From: a bacterium
GTDB lineage: Bacteria > Patescibacteriota > Saccharimonadia > Saccharimonadales > UBA4665
NCBI GenBank assembly: GCA_021781915.1
Contig: JAJXVX010000001.1
Span: forward strand, 1 to 50,331
DNA length: 50,331 nt
Reading direction: 5' to 3'
Below, in pieces: positions 17,944 to 27,533 of the stretch. Made by a program: the position numbers and the translations under genes. Below the pieces are notes generated by a model, which worked only from the letters and a program-made list of their open reading frames with translations, did not search any database and was not told where the DNA came from. Position 1 is the stretch's first letter. Each line of letters opens with the position of its first letter.

Positions 17944-17944
17944 G

Positions 17945-19198
17945 CTAAAGTGCAATTAAAGCGCTGTCTTTAAACGCTTTACCCTTTTTAATTAGAGCAA
18001 GGCCGTTCAGAAAATCTGATTCAGTTAAGTTTTCTCTATCGATCTTATTAAAATTAATCGAAATGGAGTCAGATTTAAGTAAATTCCGAGCGTCTGTTTT
18101 CGAAACAGCTAAACCAACATCAACTAGGATATCAATTATCGAACCGTTATTATCTACTTGTTTAAAGGTCACTTCTTGTTTGAGGCCGTTCATCTCCTCT
18201 TGGGAGAGTTGTGTTAAAGGTATTTGACCAGTTAAAACTTGCGAGACTTTAACAGCCAAGTCAGCGCTATTCTTGCCATGAACTATCTTTGTTACTTGAT
18301 AGGCCAGCTCTTTTTGTCCAATCCTAGAAGCCGGTTCAGCTTTGTGGCGACTAACCAATTCATCAACTTCATTTTTATTCATAAATGTATAAGCTTTGAC
18401 TAGATATTCTAAATCGTCATCAGTGGTATTTATGAAAAATTGGTAAAACATAGTTGGGGTAGTCATTTTATCGTCTAGCCAAACCGCGCCAGACTCGCTT
18501 TTTCCAAATTTAATACCAGTTGTACGGTTGATAATAAGAGGAATGGTCAAGGCATTAACTTCTGCATTTTCTTTTTTTCTAATTAAAGAAACACCGGACA
18601 AGAGATTACCCCATTGATCTGAACCACCAATCTGTAAATCAACACCGAAATTCTTAAACAGATGCCAAAAGTCATACCCCTGAATAAGGGTGTAGCTAAA
18701 TTCAGTGTAGCTTATACCGTCACCTAACTCATCTATTCTTGTTTGAACAAAATCTCTGTTAACTAAATCAGAAATAGCAAAATACTTACCGGTTTCTCTC
18801 AGAAAATCCATCAATTTAATATCTTTAAACCAATCATAATTATTGACAAACGATATCGGGTGACCACTTACATTATCATTAAAAATCTTTTCAACCTGCT
18901 TTTTGATTGATTCGGTATTATGTCTAATCTCTTCAACTGATTTTAGGTTCCTTTCGGTCAGTTTTCCAGAAGGATCCCCAACTAAAGAGGTAGCTCCGCC
19001 AATAAGCATAAAGACTTTATGGCCAGCTGAGACAAATCTCATAAGCAACATTAAAATAGCTAAGTTTCCAATTGTTAGGCTATCGGCCGTACCATCGACA
19101 CCTAAATATAAAGCGTGTGGTTGATCTAGATATTTATCATCAGTGAAGGTTTTATCCTTAATACTGCCACGCCAGACCAATTCTTCGCTTAATTTCAT
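17945..19198 (-). CDS. tyrS: Tyrosine--tRNA ligase
   Basis: 417 aa with class I motifs (the HIGH-region equivalent ...DSLTIGNL, and KMSKS as KFGKSESG) and a C-terminal S4-like domain. Confidence 0.95.
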   Translation of the reverse strand: MKLSEELVWRGSIKDKTFTDDKYLDQPHALYLGVDGTADSLTIGNLAILMLLMRFVSAGHKVFMLIGGATSLVGDPSGKLTERNLKSVEEIRHNTESIKKQVEKIFNDNVSGHPISFVNNYDWFKDIKLMDFLRETGKYFAISDLVNRDFVQTRIDELGDGISYTEFSYTLIQGYDFWHLFKNFGVDLQIGGSDQWGNLLSGVSLIRKKENAEVNALTIPLIINRTTGIKFGKSESGAVWLDDKMTTPTMFYQFFINTTDDDLEYLVKAYTFMNKNEVDELVSRHKAEPASRIGQKELAYQVTKIVHGKNSADLAVKVSQVLTGQIPLTQLSQEEMNGLKQEVTFKQVDNNGSIIDILVDVGLAVSKTDARNLLKSDSISINFNKIDRENLTESDFLNGLALIKKGKAFKDSALIAL

Positions 19199-19336
19199 CT
19201 TCTTATCAGCCTTTCTATGTATAAACTGATTATTATCTTATCTAAAATTTTATCATAAGATATATCTATAAAAACTAATTTCTTATTGTTATAATAAGAT
19301 TTAATACTTGGATGTTGATTAGGAGTTTTAAGAATA

Positions 19337-22300
19337 ATGCAAGGTTCAAACGATAAAAATAGATCAAGACGTCGGAATAATCTAAAAACAAAAAGTGGTA
19401 AAGTTATCTCTATTAACCGAACTATTTCCGAAAGTCGGAAAGACAAAAAATCAGAAAAAGCCACTCGAAAAGCTCTCTACTTAAGAAGTTTACCTAAAAA
19501 TAAATTCTTAAGGGTAGCCTACCGATTACATCCAAAACACCAATTCGAATATTGGTTTAGCCGAGATGGTCTGATTATGTTCCTTAAGCTTTTTGGAATT
19601 CTTATAGTTATAGGATTCTTTCTAATAATCGGATTGTTTGCTTACTTTAGAAAAGACTTACCTCAATTAAATAATATAACTGGAAGTAACGTCGGTGGTA
19701 GCGTAACTTATTATGACAGCACAGGTAAAACGGTTCTGTGGCAAGATTACAGCGCCGTCAAACGTATACCAGTTCCTTCGAGTCAAATTAACAATTACAT
19801 GAAAGAAGCGACTGTAGCCATCGAAGATAAAAATTTTTATCACGAAGGTGCGTTTTCGATTACCGGTACAGTTAGAGCCGCTGTCAACGACCTTACCGGT
19901 GGATCTCTGCAAGGTGGATCTACATTAACTCAGCAACTAGTCAAACTAAATGAAAACTGGACAGATAATCGTACTATTATAAGGAAAGTCAAAGAACTAA
20001 TTTTAGCCGTTGAAGTAGCAAGAGAATACTCGAAAAATGATATTTTGGTCGGTTATCTTAACCTCGCTCCTTACGGTGGAGTCGACTATGGTGTTGAAGC
20101 CGCTGCCGAAGATTATTTCCAAACCTCAGCAGCCAATCTAACGCTAGCTCAAGCATCGATGCTGGCTGCCATACCCCAAGCACCTACCTATTATTCGCCC
20201 TACTCAGATAGTAAATATAACCCAGCTGTTACAGGCAATTACTTTTCTCAGTCAGCACTCTTAAATAGACAACATTACGTCTTGCAACAAATGGTATCGT
20301 TGCATTACATTACTCAATCGCAAGCCGATGCAGCTGCTTCGGTTGATATTATGTCCCAGATTCATCAACAACAAGGGCTTTATCAAAATATTAAGGCACC
20401 TTACTTCGTCTTAGCAGCCAAACAACAACTGATCAGCCAATTTGGTAGCTCAGTCTATCTAAAAGGTGGTTTAAAAGTTATAACTACTCTTGATATGTCA
20501 ATGCAAACTCACGCTGAGCAATTGGTGGCCCAAAATTACCCAAGCGTCCAACGAATGACTGCCGGCCGAGCCGACGAAGAAGCCACCGTAACCGAAGATG
20601 TTAAGACTGGTTGGATAGTCGATTTAGTCGGAGGCGTGGATTTCAACAATCCGACAGATGGACAGATTAACTATGCGGCCTCCGTTTTAATTCCACCCGG
20701 TTCAAGTTTTAAACCGTATGATTATTCAACTTTAATTAATAATAACAACAATGTCGGAGCCGGATCGGTCTTATACGATCAAACTGGACCTCTACCGGGT
20801 TATCCGTGTACCAACAAAGCCTTACCTGTTAATGGTGGTAATTGTCTTGAAGACTATGATTTCTTGTCTCCAGGTCCACTTACTTTGAGGTATGCCTTAG
20901 GTGGATCACGTAATATTCCTGCTGTCAAAGCGATGCTTGAAGCTGTACCTAACGATAATTCCTACGAACATGTTAATTCAATCAATAAAGTGATTTCAAC
21001 CGCCAGTGCTCTAATGGATAACACCACCGCACAATCCTTACATCAAAACACCTATAACTGCTATAAACCAGGCACAGACATGACAACAGCTTCTTATTCT
21101 GACACTACCCAATGTTACGCTGCTTCAGCTATTGGAGACGGTGGATTCCTTTACCTTGATGATCATGTCAACGGCTTAGCTTCTATTGCAAGACTGGGTG
21201 AAGCCATACCAAGAACCTTCATTGTTAGAATAACCAACTCAGACAATAAAGTCCTCTACCAGTGGACTCAACCTAAAGGTACTCAAGTTTTGAAACCAGA
21301 TGCTGCCTACATTGTAGACAATATGCTATCCGACCCAAATGCCAGCTACTTACCGGGCTCCTGTTCAGCGACTAACTGTACTCCTCTATCGCATTTCGGC
21401 TACAAATTCCACCGTTTCAACGGCTGGGACTTCGCTATAAAGACCGGTACTACAAATAATGGTTACGATGGACTAATGGCTTCCTGGTCAACTCAATACG
21501 CTACAGTCAGCTGGGTTGGTAATCACACTAGAAATGTTAACCTCTGTCTTTCCTCTGAATGTACAATGGAATATCTAACTGAACCACTAACCCGAGGCAT
21601 GATGGAATTCGCCCACCAAAATCTAAAACCACAAAACTGGGTTCAGCCTAGTGATATAAAGGTTTTGCCTGCATTCGTAGTTACGAAACATGTCCACTAC
21701 GGTGATGTCGAACCAAGTCCAGCCAACGAATTATTCCCATCTTGGTATGTTGGCAATGCTAAAACCTCTAACTCATCAGTTAAAATTGATAAAGTCTCTG
21801 GACTAGTCGCTACTACCTGTACGCCAGCCGATGCAATCGAGCAACAATCCAACACTGATACAGCAAATTGGAATATTGATATTTTTGTTAACGGTGGTAC
21901 ACCGAATATATCAACTAATGGATCAGGGACAACTTCTTCCTCACCAACCAAAACAGATAATGTTCATAACTGTAACGATAACCTTCCTACCGTCACCCTA
22001 ACCGCCAATAATCTTTACGGATCCAAAAATAATATCTGTGACGGTTCGTGTAATTTCATGGCCACAGTTAAACAAGGTACTCATCTGTTGACTGATCCAA
22101 CAAACTATCCTCAGTTCCCTGGCAATATCGCAATGGCGATTAACGGTCAAACGATTCAAATTTCATCCAACGGTTCTACTGCAGGCCCGTCAATCCCAAT
22201 TACACAACCAGACATTCAGTCGATACCAATTACCTTCACGCCCACTTCAAGTGGATCAGGTAACTTAATAGCGACGGTCACCGACAGCGTACTTTACCAA

Positions 22301-22564
22301 GGCAATAGTTCTCCATTATCGATTACTTTTGTTGCGATACCTACAATTACATCCGTTACCAATAACAACAGTGATATCTCATGGACTGGAGGAATTGGTC
22401 CATATACAATCAAAGATGTAACTACTGGTTTAACTCTCTGCGATACTTCATTAACTACCCAGCCAGACGCAACTTCTTGTACCACCAAAATACCAATTAT
22501 CTCCGGTGATCAACTTAGTATCTCAGATGCCTATGTACAGGGTACTGACTACACTGTTCAATGA
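19337..22564 (+). CDS. Class A penicillin-binding protein (GT51 transglycosylase plus transpeptidase) with a long C-terminal extension
   Basis: 1075 aa. A basic N-terminal cytoplasmic segment is followed by one TM helix. The GT51 motifs are EDKNFYHEG and GGSTLTQQL, and the transpeptidase motifs are SSFKP (SxxK) and KTGTT. The last roughly 285 aa are T/S/N/G-rich and contain Cys pairs. SD AGGAG lies upstream. Confidence 0.9.
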   Translation: MQGSNDKNRSRRRNNLKTKSGKVISINRTISESRKDKKSEKATRKALYLRSLPKNKFLRVAYRLHPKHQFEYWFSRDGLIMFLKLFGILIVIGFFLIIGLFAYFRKDLPQLNNITGSNVGGSVTYYDSTGKTVLWQDYSAVKRIPVPSSQINNYMKEATVAIEDKNFYHEGAFSITGTVRAAVNDLTGGSLQGGSTLTQQLVKLNENWTDNRTIIRKVKELILAVEVAREYSKNDILVGYLNLAPYGGVDYGVEAAAEDYFQTSAANLTLAQASMLAAIPQAPTYYSPYSDSKYNPAVTGNYFSQSALLNRQHYVLQQMVSLHYITQSQADAAASVDIMSQIHQQQGLYQNIKAPYFVLAAKQQLISQFGSSVYLKGGLKVITTLDMSMQTHAEQLVAQNYPSVQRMTAGRADEEATVTEDVKTGWIVDLVGGVDFNNPTDGQINYAASVLIPPGSSFKPYDYSTLINNNNNVGAGSVLYDQTGPLPGYPCTNKALPVNGGNCLEDYDFLSPGPLTLRYALGGSRNIPAVKAMLEAVPNDNSYEHVNSINKVISTASALMDNTTAQSLHQNTYNCYKPGTDMTTASYSDTTQCYAASAIGDGGFLYLDDHVNGLASIARLGEAIPRTFIVRITNSDNKVLYQWTQPKGTQVLKPDAAYIVDNMLSDPNASYLPGSCSATNCTPLSHFGYKFHRFNGWDFAIKTGTTNNGYDGLMASWSTQYATVSWVGNHTRNVNLCLSSECTMEYLTEPLTRGMMEFAHQNLKPQNWVQPSDIKVLPAFVVTKHVHYGDVEPSPANELFPSWYVGNAKTSNSSVKIDKVSGLVATTCTPADAIEQQSNTDTANWNIDIFVNGGTPNISTNGSGTTSSSPTKTDNVHNCNDNLPTVTLTANNLYGSKNNICDGSCNFMATVKQGTHLLTDPTNYPQFPGNIAMAINGQTIQISSNGSTAGPSIPITQPDIQSIPITFTPTSSGSGNLIATVTDSVLYQGNSSPLSITFVAIPTITSVTNNNSDISWTGGIGPYTIKDVTTGLTLCDTSLTTQPDATSCTTKIPIISGDQLSISDAYVQGTDYTVQ

Positions 22565-22571
22565 ATATCTA

Positions 22572-23909
22572 CTAAAAATAATTCAAAATTATCTCGGCCA
22601 AGTTTCTAGCTTGATTATTGCCTGACAAATTCTCCTTAGTCTTGGGTCCTAAACAACCATCAAAACCAAGTTTTTTTGCTTCTTTAAGTCTTTTATCCAC
22701 ATAAGCGACATGCCTTATCTCTCCCGAAAGTCCTACTTCACCAAAAATAACTAAATTTTTCTTAATTTTCGTACCAAGATGAGCTGATATAATAGCTAGA
22801 CAAATTGCTAAGTCAGCAGCCGGCTCGTTTAAGCTAATACCACCCACAACATTGATATAGACATCCTTAGAAGACAGCTTAACTTTTGTCCGTTGTTCGA
22901 TCACGGCAATTAATAGATTCAATCTGTTTATGTCGAAACCACTGGCTGTCCTTTTCGGGTAACCAAAATTTGTCGCGCTGACTAAGGCCTGAACTTCAAC
23001 TAAGACTGCTCTGGAGCCCTCCATTGCAGCCGTTACAACTGATCCGTCAATGTCTAGTCTTTCGTCAAGTAAGATTTCTGAAGGATTACTAATAGTCTTA
23101 AAGCCACTGCTCGTCATCTCGAATATTGCGACTTCATTAGTCGACCCAAACCTATTCTTAAGCGATCTCAGCAATTTAAAACCACCATACCTATCACCCT
23201 CAAGCGAAAGAACGACATCAACCATATGTTCCAGGATTTTTGGACCAGCAATCGAACCGTCTTTAGTGACATGTCCTATTATAATTACTGCTGTGTTAGA
23301 ACTTTTAGCCGATGTAATGATAGCCTGTGCTGAATTGGAAATTTGTCCGACCGAACCCGCCGATGAGCCTACCCAGCTGCAAGAAATAGTCTGAATTGAA
23401 TCGATGATAACTAAATCGTAATCGGCGCTATCTATGCTGGCGGCTATATCATCAGTTGAATTACTATTAGAGATTGATAGGTTTTCACTACTGCCTTTGA
23501 TTCGAAGCTTTCTTTGATCTACTTGATAAGTTGTTTCTTCTGAGGATACATAGAGTACTTTTTTGTTTTTGGCTATATTAAGGGCCATCTGGAGTATTAA
23601 GGTACTCTTTCCTATGCCTGGCTGACCAGTTAAAAGTATAACGCTACCCGATAGCACTCCACCGCCTAAAACTTCATCGATATCTTCAAAGCCAACTGGA
23701 TAACGTTGATTACTATCCATTCCGAGAGGGCTGTCTAGTTTAAGGATATTTAACGGCCGACCAGTTTTAAGTTTTGATGAACTAATTGAAATTGGAGCTT
23801 GTTCTTCTAAGGTATTCCACTCCATACACCTTGGACAACGACCACTCCACTGATTGAAGGTCGCCAAACAGCTCGAACATACAAAACTGACTGCCTCTTT
23901 TTTTGCCAT
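22572..23909 (-). CDS. radA: DNA repair protein RadA/Sms
   Basis: N-terminal zinc ribbon CSSC...CPRC, Walker A GQPGIGKST, the KNRFG motif (LKNRFGS) and a Lon-like C-terminal domain. Confidence 0.95.
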   Translation of the reverse strand: MAKKEAVSFVCSSCLATFNQWSGRCPRCMEWNTLEEQAPISISSSKLKTGRPLNILKLDSPLGMDSNQRYPVGFEDIDEVLGGGVLSGSVILLTGQPGIGKSTLILQMALNIAKNKKVLYVSSEETTYQVDQRKLRIKGSSENLSISNSNSTDDIAASIDSADYDLVIIDSIQTISCSWVGSSAGSVGQISNSAQAIITSAKSSNTAVIIIGHVTKDGSIAGPKILEHMVDVVLSLEGDRYGGFKLLRSLKNRFGSTNEVAIFEMTSSGFKTISNPSEILLDERLDIDGSVVTAAMEGSRAVLVEVQALVSATNFGYPKRTASGFDINRLNLLIAVIEQRTKVKLSSKDVYINVVGGISLNEPAADLAICLAIISAHLGTKIKKNLVIFGEVGLSGEIRHVAYVDKRLKEAKKLGFDGCLGPKTKENLSGNNQARNLAEIILNYF

Positions 23910-23935
23910 ATCTAAACAATATTATAGTTTAAAAA

Positions 23936-24913
23936 CTACTTGGTTGGTATAGTCGGTGGGCTTATCTCAGTCTCTAGAGAAACTAGGGCAATCGATATTT
24001 GATTTCGTTGACTGACTAGTTGGTTATAATTGGTTATTTCAGCAGAAATATTTGTAACTAGGTTATTGTACTGATTAACCTTGCTGTTATAGGAATTAAT
24101 TAGATCGTTAATAGCCGGGTCACTCGGGTTAGAATTAATATAATTTAGTTGATTATTCAATGATAAGTATAGTGCTTTAGCCTGATTTTGTTGATTAGTT
24201 ATAGTGGCATTCATAGATAAGAGTGTACTGTCGTAAGAGGATAGCTGAGTTTTCTTATTAAGAAATACCTGCTGATAGGCTTGCTCATAAGCAACAACTT
24301 TACTTCTATTGTAAAAGTATTTTGTATAAAAAGATTCCAGTTGCGGCGTTAGTGTGGCGCACTCGGTCGGAAAGGTTGAATTCATTTCGTCATAAACTGA
24401 ACCAGGCTCAGTTTTCATATAAATTGCCACCTCATCTTTAATCCTTTGATTAGTCAAATCGTGTTTATAAAAATTTAATAGCAATCCATCGAGGTAATCT
24501 TTTTGAGATGATGATAGTCTGGAATAAACACCGTGGAGCATTTCATGGGCAGCCGTTACCTGCATAATGCCATTTAAGGTAGGATCAGCTACACTTAAAA
24601 TATAAATACCATTTTCATTCGGATAATAACATCCCAGGATTATCTCCTCAGAGGGATGATAGTTGGGACAAAGTTTAGAAAAATGTATCTTATCCAAAAA
24701 GGTTGGATGATTGATATAAAATATCTGTCGGGAAATTGGCGTCATACTATCTTCAGTCGCCAGCTGATTAACTAATGCTGGAACTTTATAGTTATATAGA
24801 ATGGCCTCATCATAGAGGCTGAAACGATTGTAATAAACTAAATATCCAACCAAAAACAGAACTATTAAAACAATAAACGGTTTTAAGCCCTTTTTTCGAC
24901 TCATCCTAACCAT
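23936..24913 (-). CDS. Membrane-anchored hypothetical protein with an HExxH motif and a Q/N-rich coiled-coil-like tail
   Basis: 325 aa with an N-terminal TM helix (FIVLIVLFLVGYLVYY). The only catalytic-looking signature is AAHEMLHGVY, and the C-terminal roughly 110 aa are N/Q/S-rich. An alternative start is at 24904. Confidence 0.5.
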   Translation of the reverse strand: MVRMSRKKGLKPFIVLIVLFLVGYLVYYNRFSLYDEAILYNYKVPALVNQLATEDSMTPISRQIFYINHPTFLDKIHFSKLCPNYHPSEEIILGCYYPNENGIYILSVADPTLNGIMQVTAAHEMLHGVYSRLSSSQKDYLDGLLLNFYKHDLTNQRIKDEVAIYMKTEPGSVYDEMNSTFPTECATLTPQLESFYTKYFYNRSKVVAYEQAYQQVFLNKKTQLSSYDSTLLSMNATITNQQNQAKALYLSLNNQLNYINSNPSDPAINDLINSYNSKVNQYNNLVTNISAEITNYNQLVSQRNQISIALVSLETEISPPTIPTK

Positions 24914-24927
24914 TCTAAGATAAAAAT

Positions 24928-27429
24928 CTATTTAGATACAGTAGATTCGTTTAGTATCTTGTAGTCTAGCTGACCAGCTTTAGCAGAGACTGAAACTATA
25001 TCACCTTTGGACAATTTATTAGCAAGCAGATTGGTCGATATATAGTCTTCAATAGTGTCTTGGATTAATCTTCTAAGCGGTCTAACGCCGTTTTTAGCAT
25101 CGTAACCCTCTTTAAGAAGGTAGTTCTTACCGCTTTCACTGAGCAAAATACCAATTCCAAATTTGACCATCCTGCTTTTCAGTTCATTTATTTGCAGGTC
25201 GATAATCTTTTTAACATCAATCTTGGTTAAGGCCCTAAAAACAACTACTTTATCAATCCGATTCAACATCTCAGGTCGAAGCAGACGGTTTAATTCTTCC
25301 ATTACATTCAGCTTATTCGCTTGATGAATTTGATCCAAATCTTCTAGCTGTGATTTGTCTGATATGCTAAAACCATAGGCAGCTTCTTTCTGTAGCTTAT
25401 CAGCGCCCAGGTTCGAGGTCATGATTATTATAGTATTGGTAAAATCAATCTTCTTGCCTTTAGCATCACTTAAGTAGCCGTCCTCCAAAATTTGAAGCAT
25501 CATATTGAAAACATCCGGATGGGCTTTTTCAATTTCATCAAATAGAACAAGACTGTAGGGTTGACGTCGTATTTTATCAGTCAACTGACCGCCCTGCTCA
25601 TATCCAACATAACCAGCTGGCGCACCGACTAGTCTCGAGACCGTGTGATGCTCACCGAATTCACTCATATCAATTTTAATAAGGGCTGACTCTGAACCAT
25701 AAAATTCTCTAGCCAGAACTCTGGCTAATTCTGTTTTTCCAACACCCGTCGGACCGAGGAAAACAAATGAACCAATTGGTCTTTTCTCGCTAGAGACGCC
25801 TGAACGGTTGCGACGAATGGCTGAAGCGACTACTTTAGTTGCTTCATCTTGTCCTATGACTTGTTTGCCTAGTATTTTTTCAAGTTGCAATAAATATGAG
25901 GCTTCTGATGCGATTACTTTTTTTAGTGGAATTCCGGTCATTCGTGAAACAACATCAGACAAGTCTTCTACACTCAATGTTAATCTTTGTTTATTCTTTT
26001 GAGCTTTATCCAACTTGTTCAACTCGGAATTAATCTGTGATGCTTTAGTTTTATACTGAGCTGCTTTTTCATAATCTTCAGAATCGACAGCGTCTTCTAT
26101 GCGAGCATTTAGTAATTTAAGTTCTTTTTGCAGATTTCTAATTTCTGGGCTGGTTTTGACTTTTAAGACCTTTAAGTGAGCAGCAGCTTCGTCGATTAAG
26201 TCTATTGCCTTATCTGGCATAAAACGATCATGAATATAACGTGATGCTAATCGAACAGCATCTTCTAAGACTTCATCGGAAATACTAACACCGTGATACG
26301 ATTCATAGTGTTTCTTTAACCCCTTTAATATGGCCAGCGTTTCCGACGGTGATGTTTCCTGAACTTGAATAGGCTGAAGTCTTCTCTCTAAGGCAGCGTC
26401 TTTTTCTATATATTTGGTATACTCAGCGGTGGTCGTAGCTCCTATTAGATGAATTGTGCCTCTGGCAAGAGCTGGTTTTAATATATTACCTGCATCCATC
26501 GATCCTTCGGCTGAACCGGCGCCAACTATCAGATGTAGCTCATCGATAAAAAGAATAGTCTTTTTGTCTTTCTCTAGCTCTTGCATGACTTTCTTTAGTC
26601 TCTCTTCAAATTCACCACGATATTTAGTTCCGGCAACCATTGCGGCCAAATCGAGTACAACAATTTTTTTATCAAGTAAACTATCGGGGACGTCCTCAGC
26701 GACAATTCTTTGAGCTAGACCCTCGACGATGGCCGTTTTTCCAACTCCTGGCTCACCGATTAAAACAGGGTTATTCTTTGTTCGTCGATTAAGTATGGTA
26801 ATTAAACGGCTTATTTGATCGTCTCGCCCAACAACCGGATCTAACTTATGGCTTTTGGCCATTACAGTCAGATCAGTGCCAAAGGATTCTAAGGCTGATT
26901 TTTGAAAATTCTTGGTCGCTTTTTTAGAACCAATACGATAATCTCTGGTATCTTCTTCATATTGTTGACGGTTTAAAAGATTAGTCAGTTCATTTAGTAC
27001 TGAGCTAACATCAGCATTAACATTCTTTAGCAGTTCGGTTGCTTTAGAATTCTTCTGATTTAGAATTGAAAAGATTATATGTTCTGTACCGCAAAATTCT
27101 TGGTTAAACTCCTGAGAAACATCATAGGCCATTTTTAAAGTTAATTTGGCGGTTTCGGAAAAACCTTTCATCGGCTCATTTAATGCTATGCTTTTAGGTT
27201 GAACCTTTATAGCTAAACGAGTTTTTTCAAACGTCACACCAGCTTTATCAAAAATTTTAGCACCAATTGACTCTTTTTGAGCTAAAACTCCTAATAATAG
27301 ATGTTCAGTGCCGACATATGAGCTGCCCAAACTTCGAGCAATCAATTCGGCCTGACGCAATGAAGATATCGCATTGTTAGTTAAGTGATTTAAAAATTCT
27401 CTAAAATCAGGATCGTTATTTGGAAACAT
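24928..27429 (-). CDS. clpC: AAA+ ATPase ClpC (Clp protease ATP-binding subunit)
   Basis: 833 aa with two Clp_N repeats and two Walker A sites ([18 protein letters not shown]). Has a short middle/UVR-like region ([12 protein letters not shown]) and a ClpP-docking YGF loop (AAYGFSIS). Confidence 0.9.
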   Translation of the reverse strand: MFPNNDPDFREFLNHLTNNAISSLRQAELIARSLGSSYVGTEHLLLGVLAQKESIGAKIFDKAGVTFEKTRLAIKVQPKSIALNEPMKGFSETAKLTLKMAYDVSQEFNQEFCGTEHIIFSILNQKNSKATELLKNVNADVSSVLNELTNLLNRQQYEEDTRDYRIGSKKATKNFQKSALESFGTDLTVMAKSHKLDPVVGRDDQISRLITILNRRTKNNPVLIGEPGVGKTAIVEGLAQRIVAEDVPDSLLDKKIVVLDLAAMVAGTKYRGEFEERLKKVMQELEKDKKTILFIDELHLIVGAGSAEGSMDAGNILKPALARGTIHLIGATTTAEYTKYIEKDAALERRLQPIQVQETSPSETLAILKGLKKHYESYHGVSISDEVLEDAVRLASRYIHDRFMPDKAIDLIDEAAAHLKVLKVKTSPEIRNLQKELKLLNARIEDAVDSEDYEKAAQYKTKASQINSELNKLDKAQKNKQRLTLSVEDLSDVVSRMTGIPLKKVIASEASYLLQLEKILGKQVIGQDEATKVVASAIRRNRSGVSSEKRPIGSFVFLGPTGVGKTELARVLAREFYGSESALIKIDMSEFGEHHTVSRLVGAPAGYVGYEQGGQLTDKIRRQPYSLVLFDEIEKAHPDVFNMMLQILEDGYLSDAKGKKIDFTNTIIIMTSNLGADKLQKEAAYGFSISDKSQLEDLDQIHQANKLNVMEELNRLLRPEMLNRIDKVVVFRALTKIDVKKIIDLQINELKSRMVKFGIGILLSESGKNYLLKEGYDAKNGVRPLRRLIQDTIEDYISTNLLANKLSKGDIVSVSAKAGQLDYKILNESTVSK

Positions 27430-27490
27430 ATTATCTTTCTTATTATAGCTTTATCTAACAGCAATTTATTGAAAAATTGCTTATAAGTAA

Positions 27491-27519
27491 ATAATAAGAA
27501 ATTAGCACTCACATGTCAA
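27491..27519 (-). promoter_or_regulatory. Candidate clpC promoter TTGACA-N17-TATTAT
   Basis: On the minus strand, TTGACA is at 27519-27514 (inside the CIRCE spacer) and TATTAT at 27496-27491. This leaves a leader of about 55 nt to the ATG at 27429. Confidence 0.5.
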
Positions 27520-27528
27520 GAGTGCCAA
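27502..27528. promoter_or_regulatory. CIRCE-type inverted repeat (second copy)
   Basis: The plus strand reads TTAGCACTC ACATGTCAA GAGTGCCAA, matching 17 of 18 arm positions. Its 21-nt core GCACTCTTGACATGTGAGTGC is identical to the clpP copy. It begins 6 nt after the nusA stop. Confidence 0.8.
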
Positions 27529-27533
27529 TTTAT

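Noticed and set aside
19195-19464. 89-aa minus-strand ORF overlapping the tyrS stop and the PBP start
   Set aside because: It spans an intergenic promoter region plus the antisense of the PBP N-terminus. It has a low-complexity composition and no start context, so it is probably spurious.
27461-27480. Hairpin GCAATTT-ATTGAA-AAATTGC in the clpC leader
   Set aside because: It is a 7-bp stem with only two GC pairs and no U-tract, and such repeats are easily found by chance in AT-rich DNA. It is noted but not claimed as a regulator.
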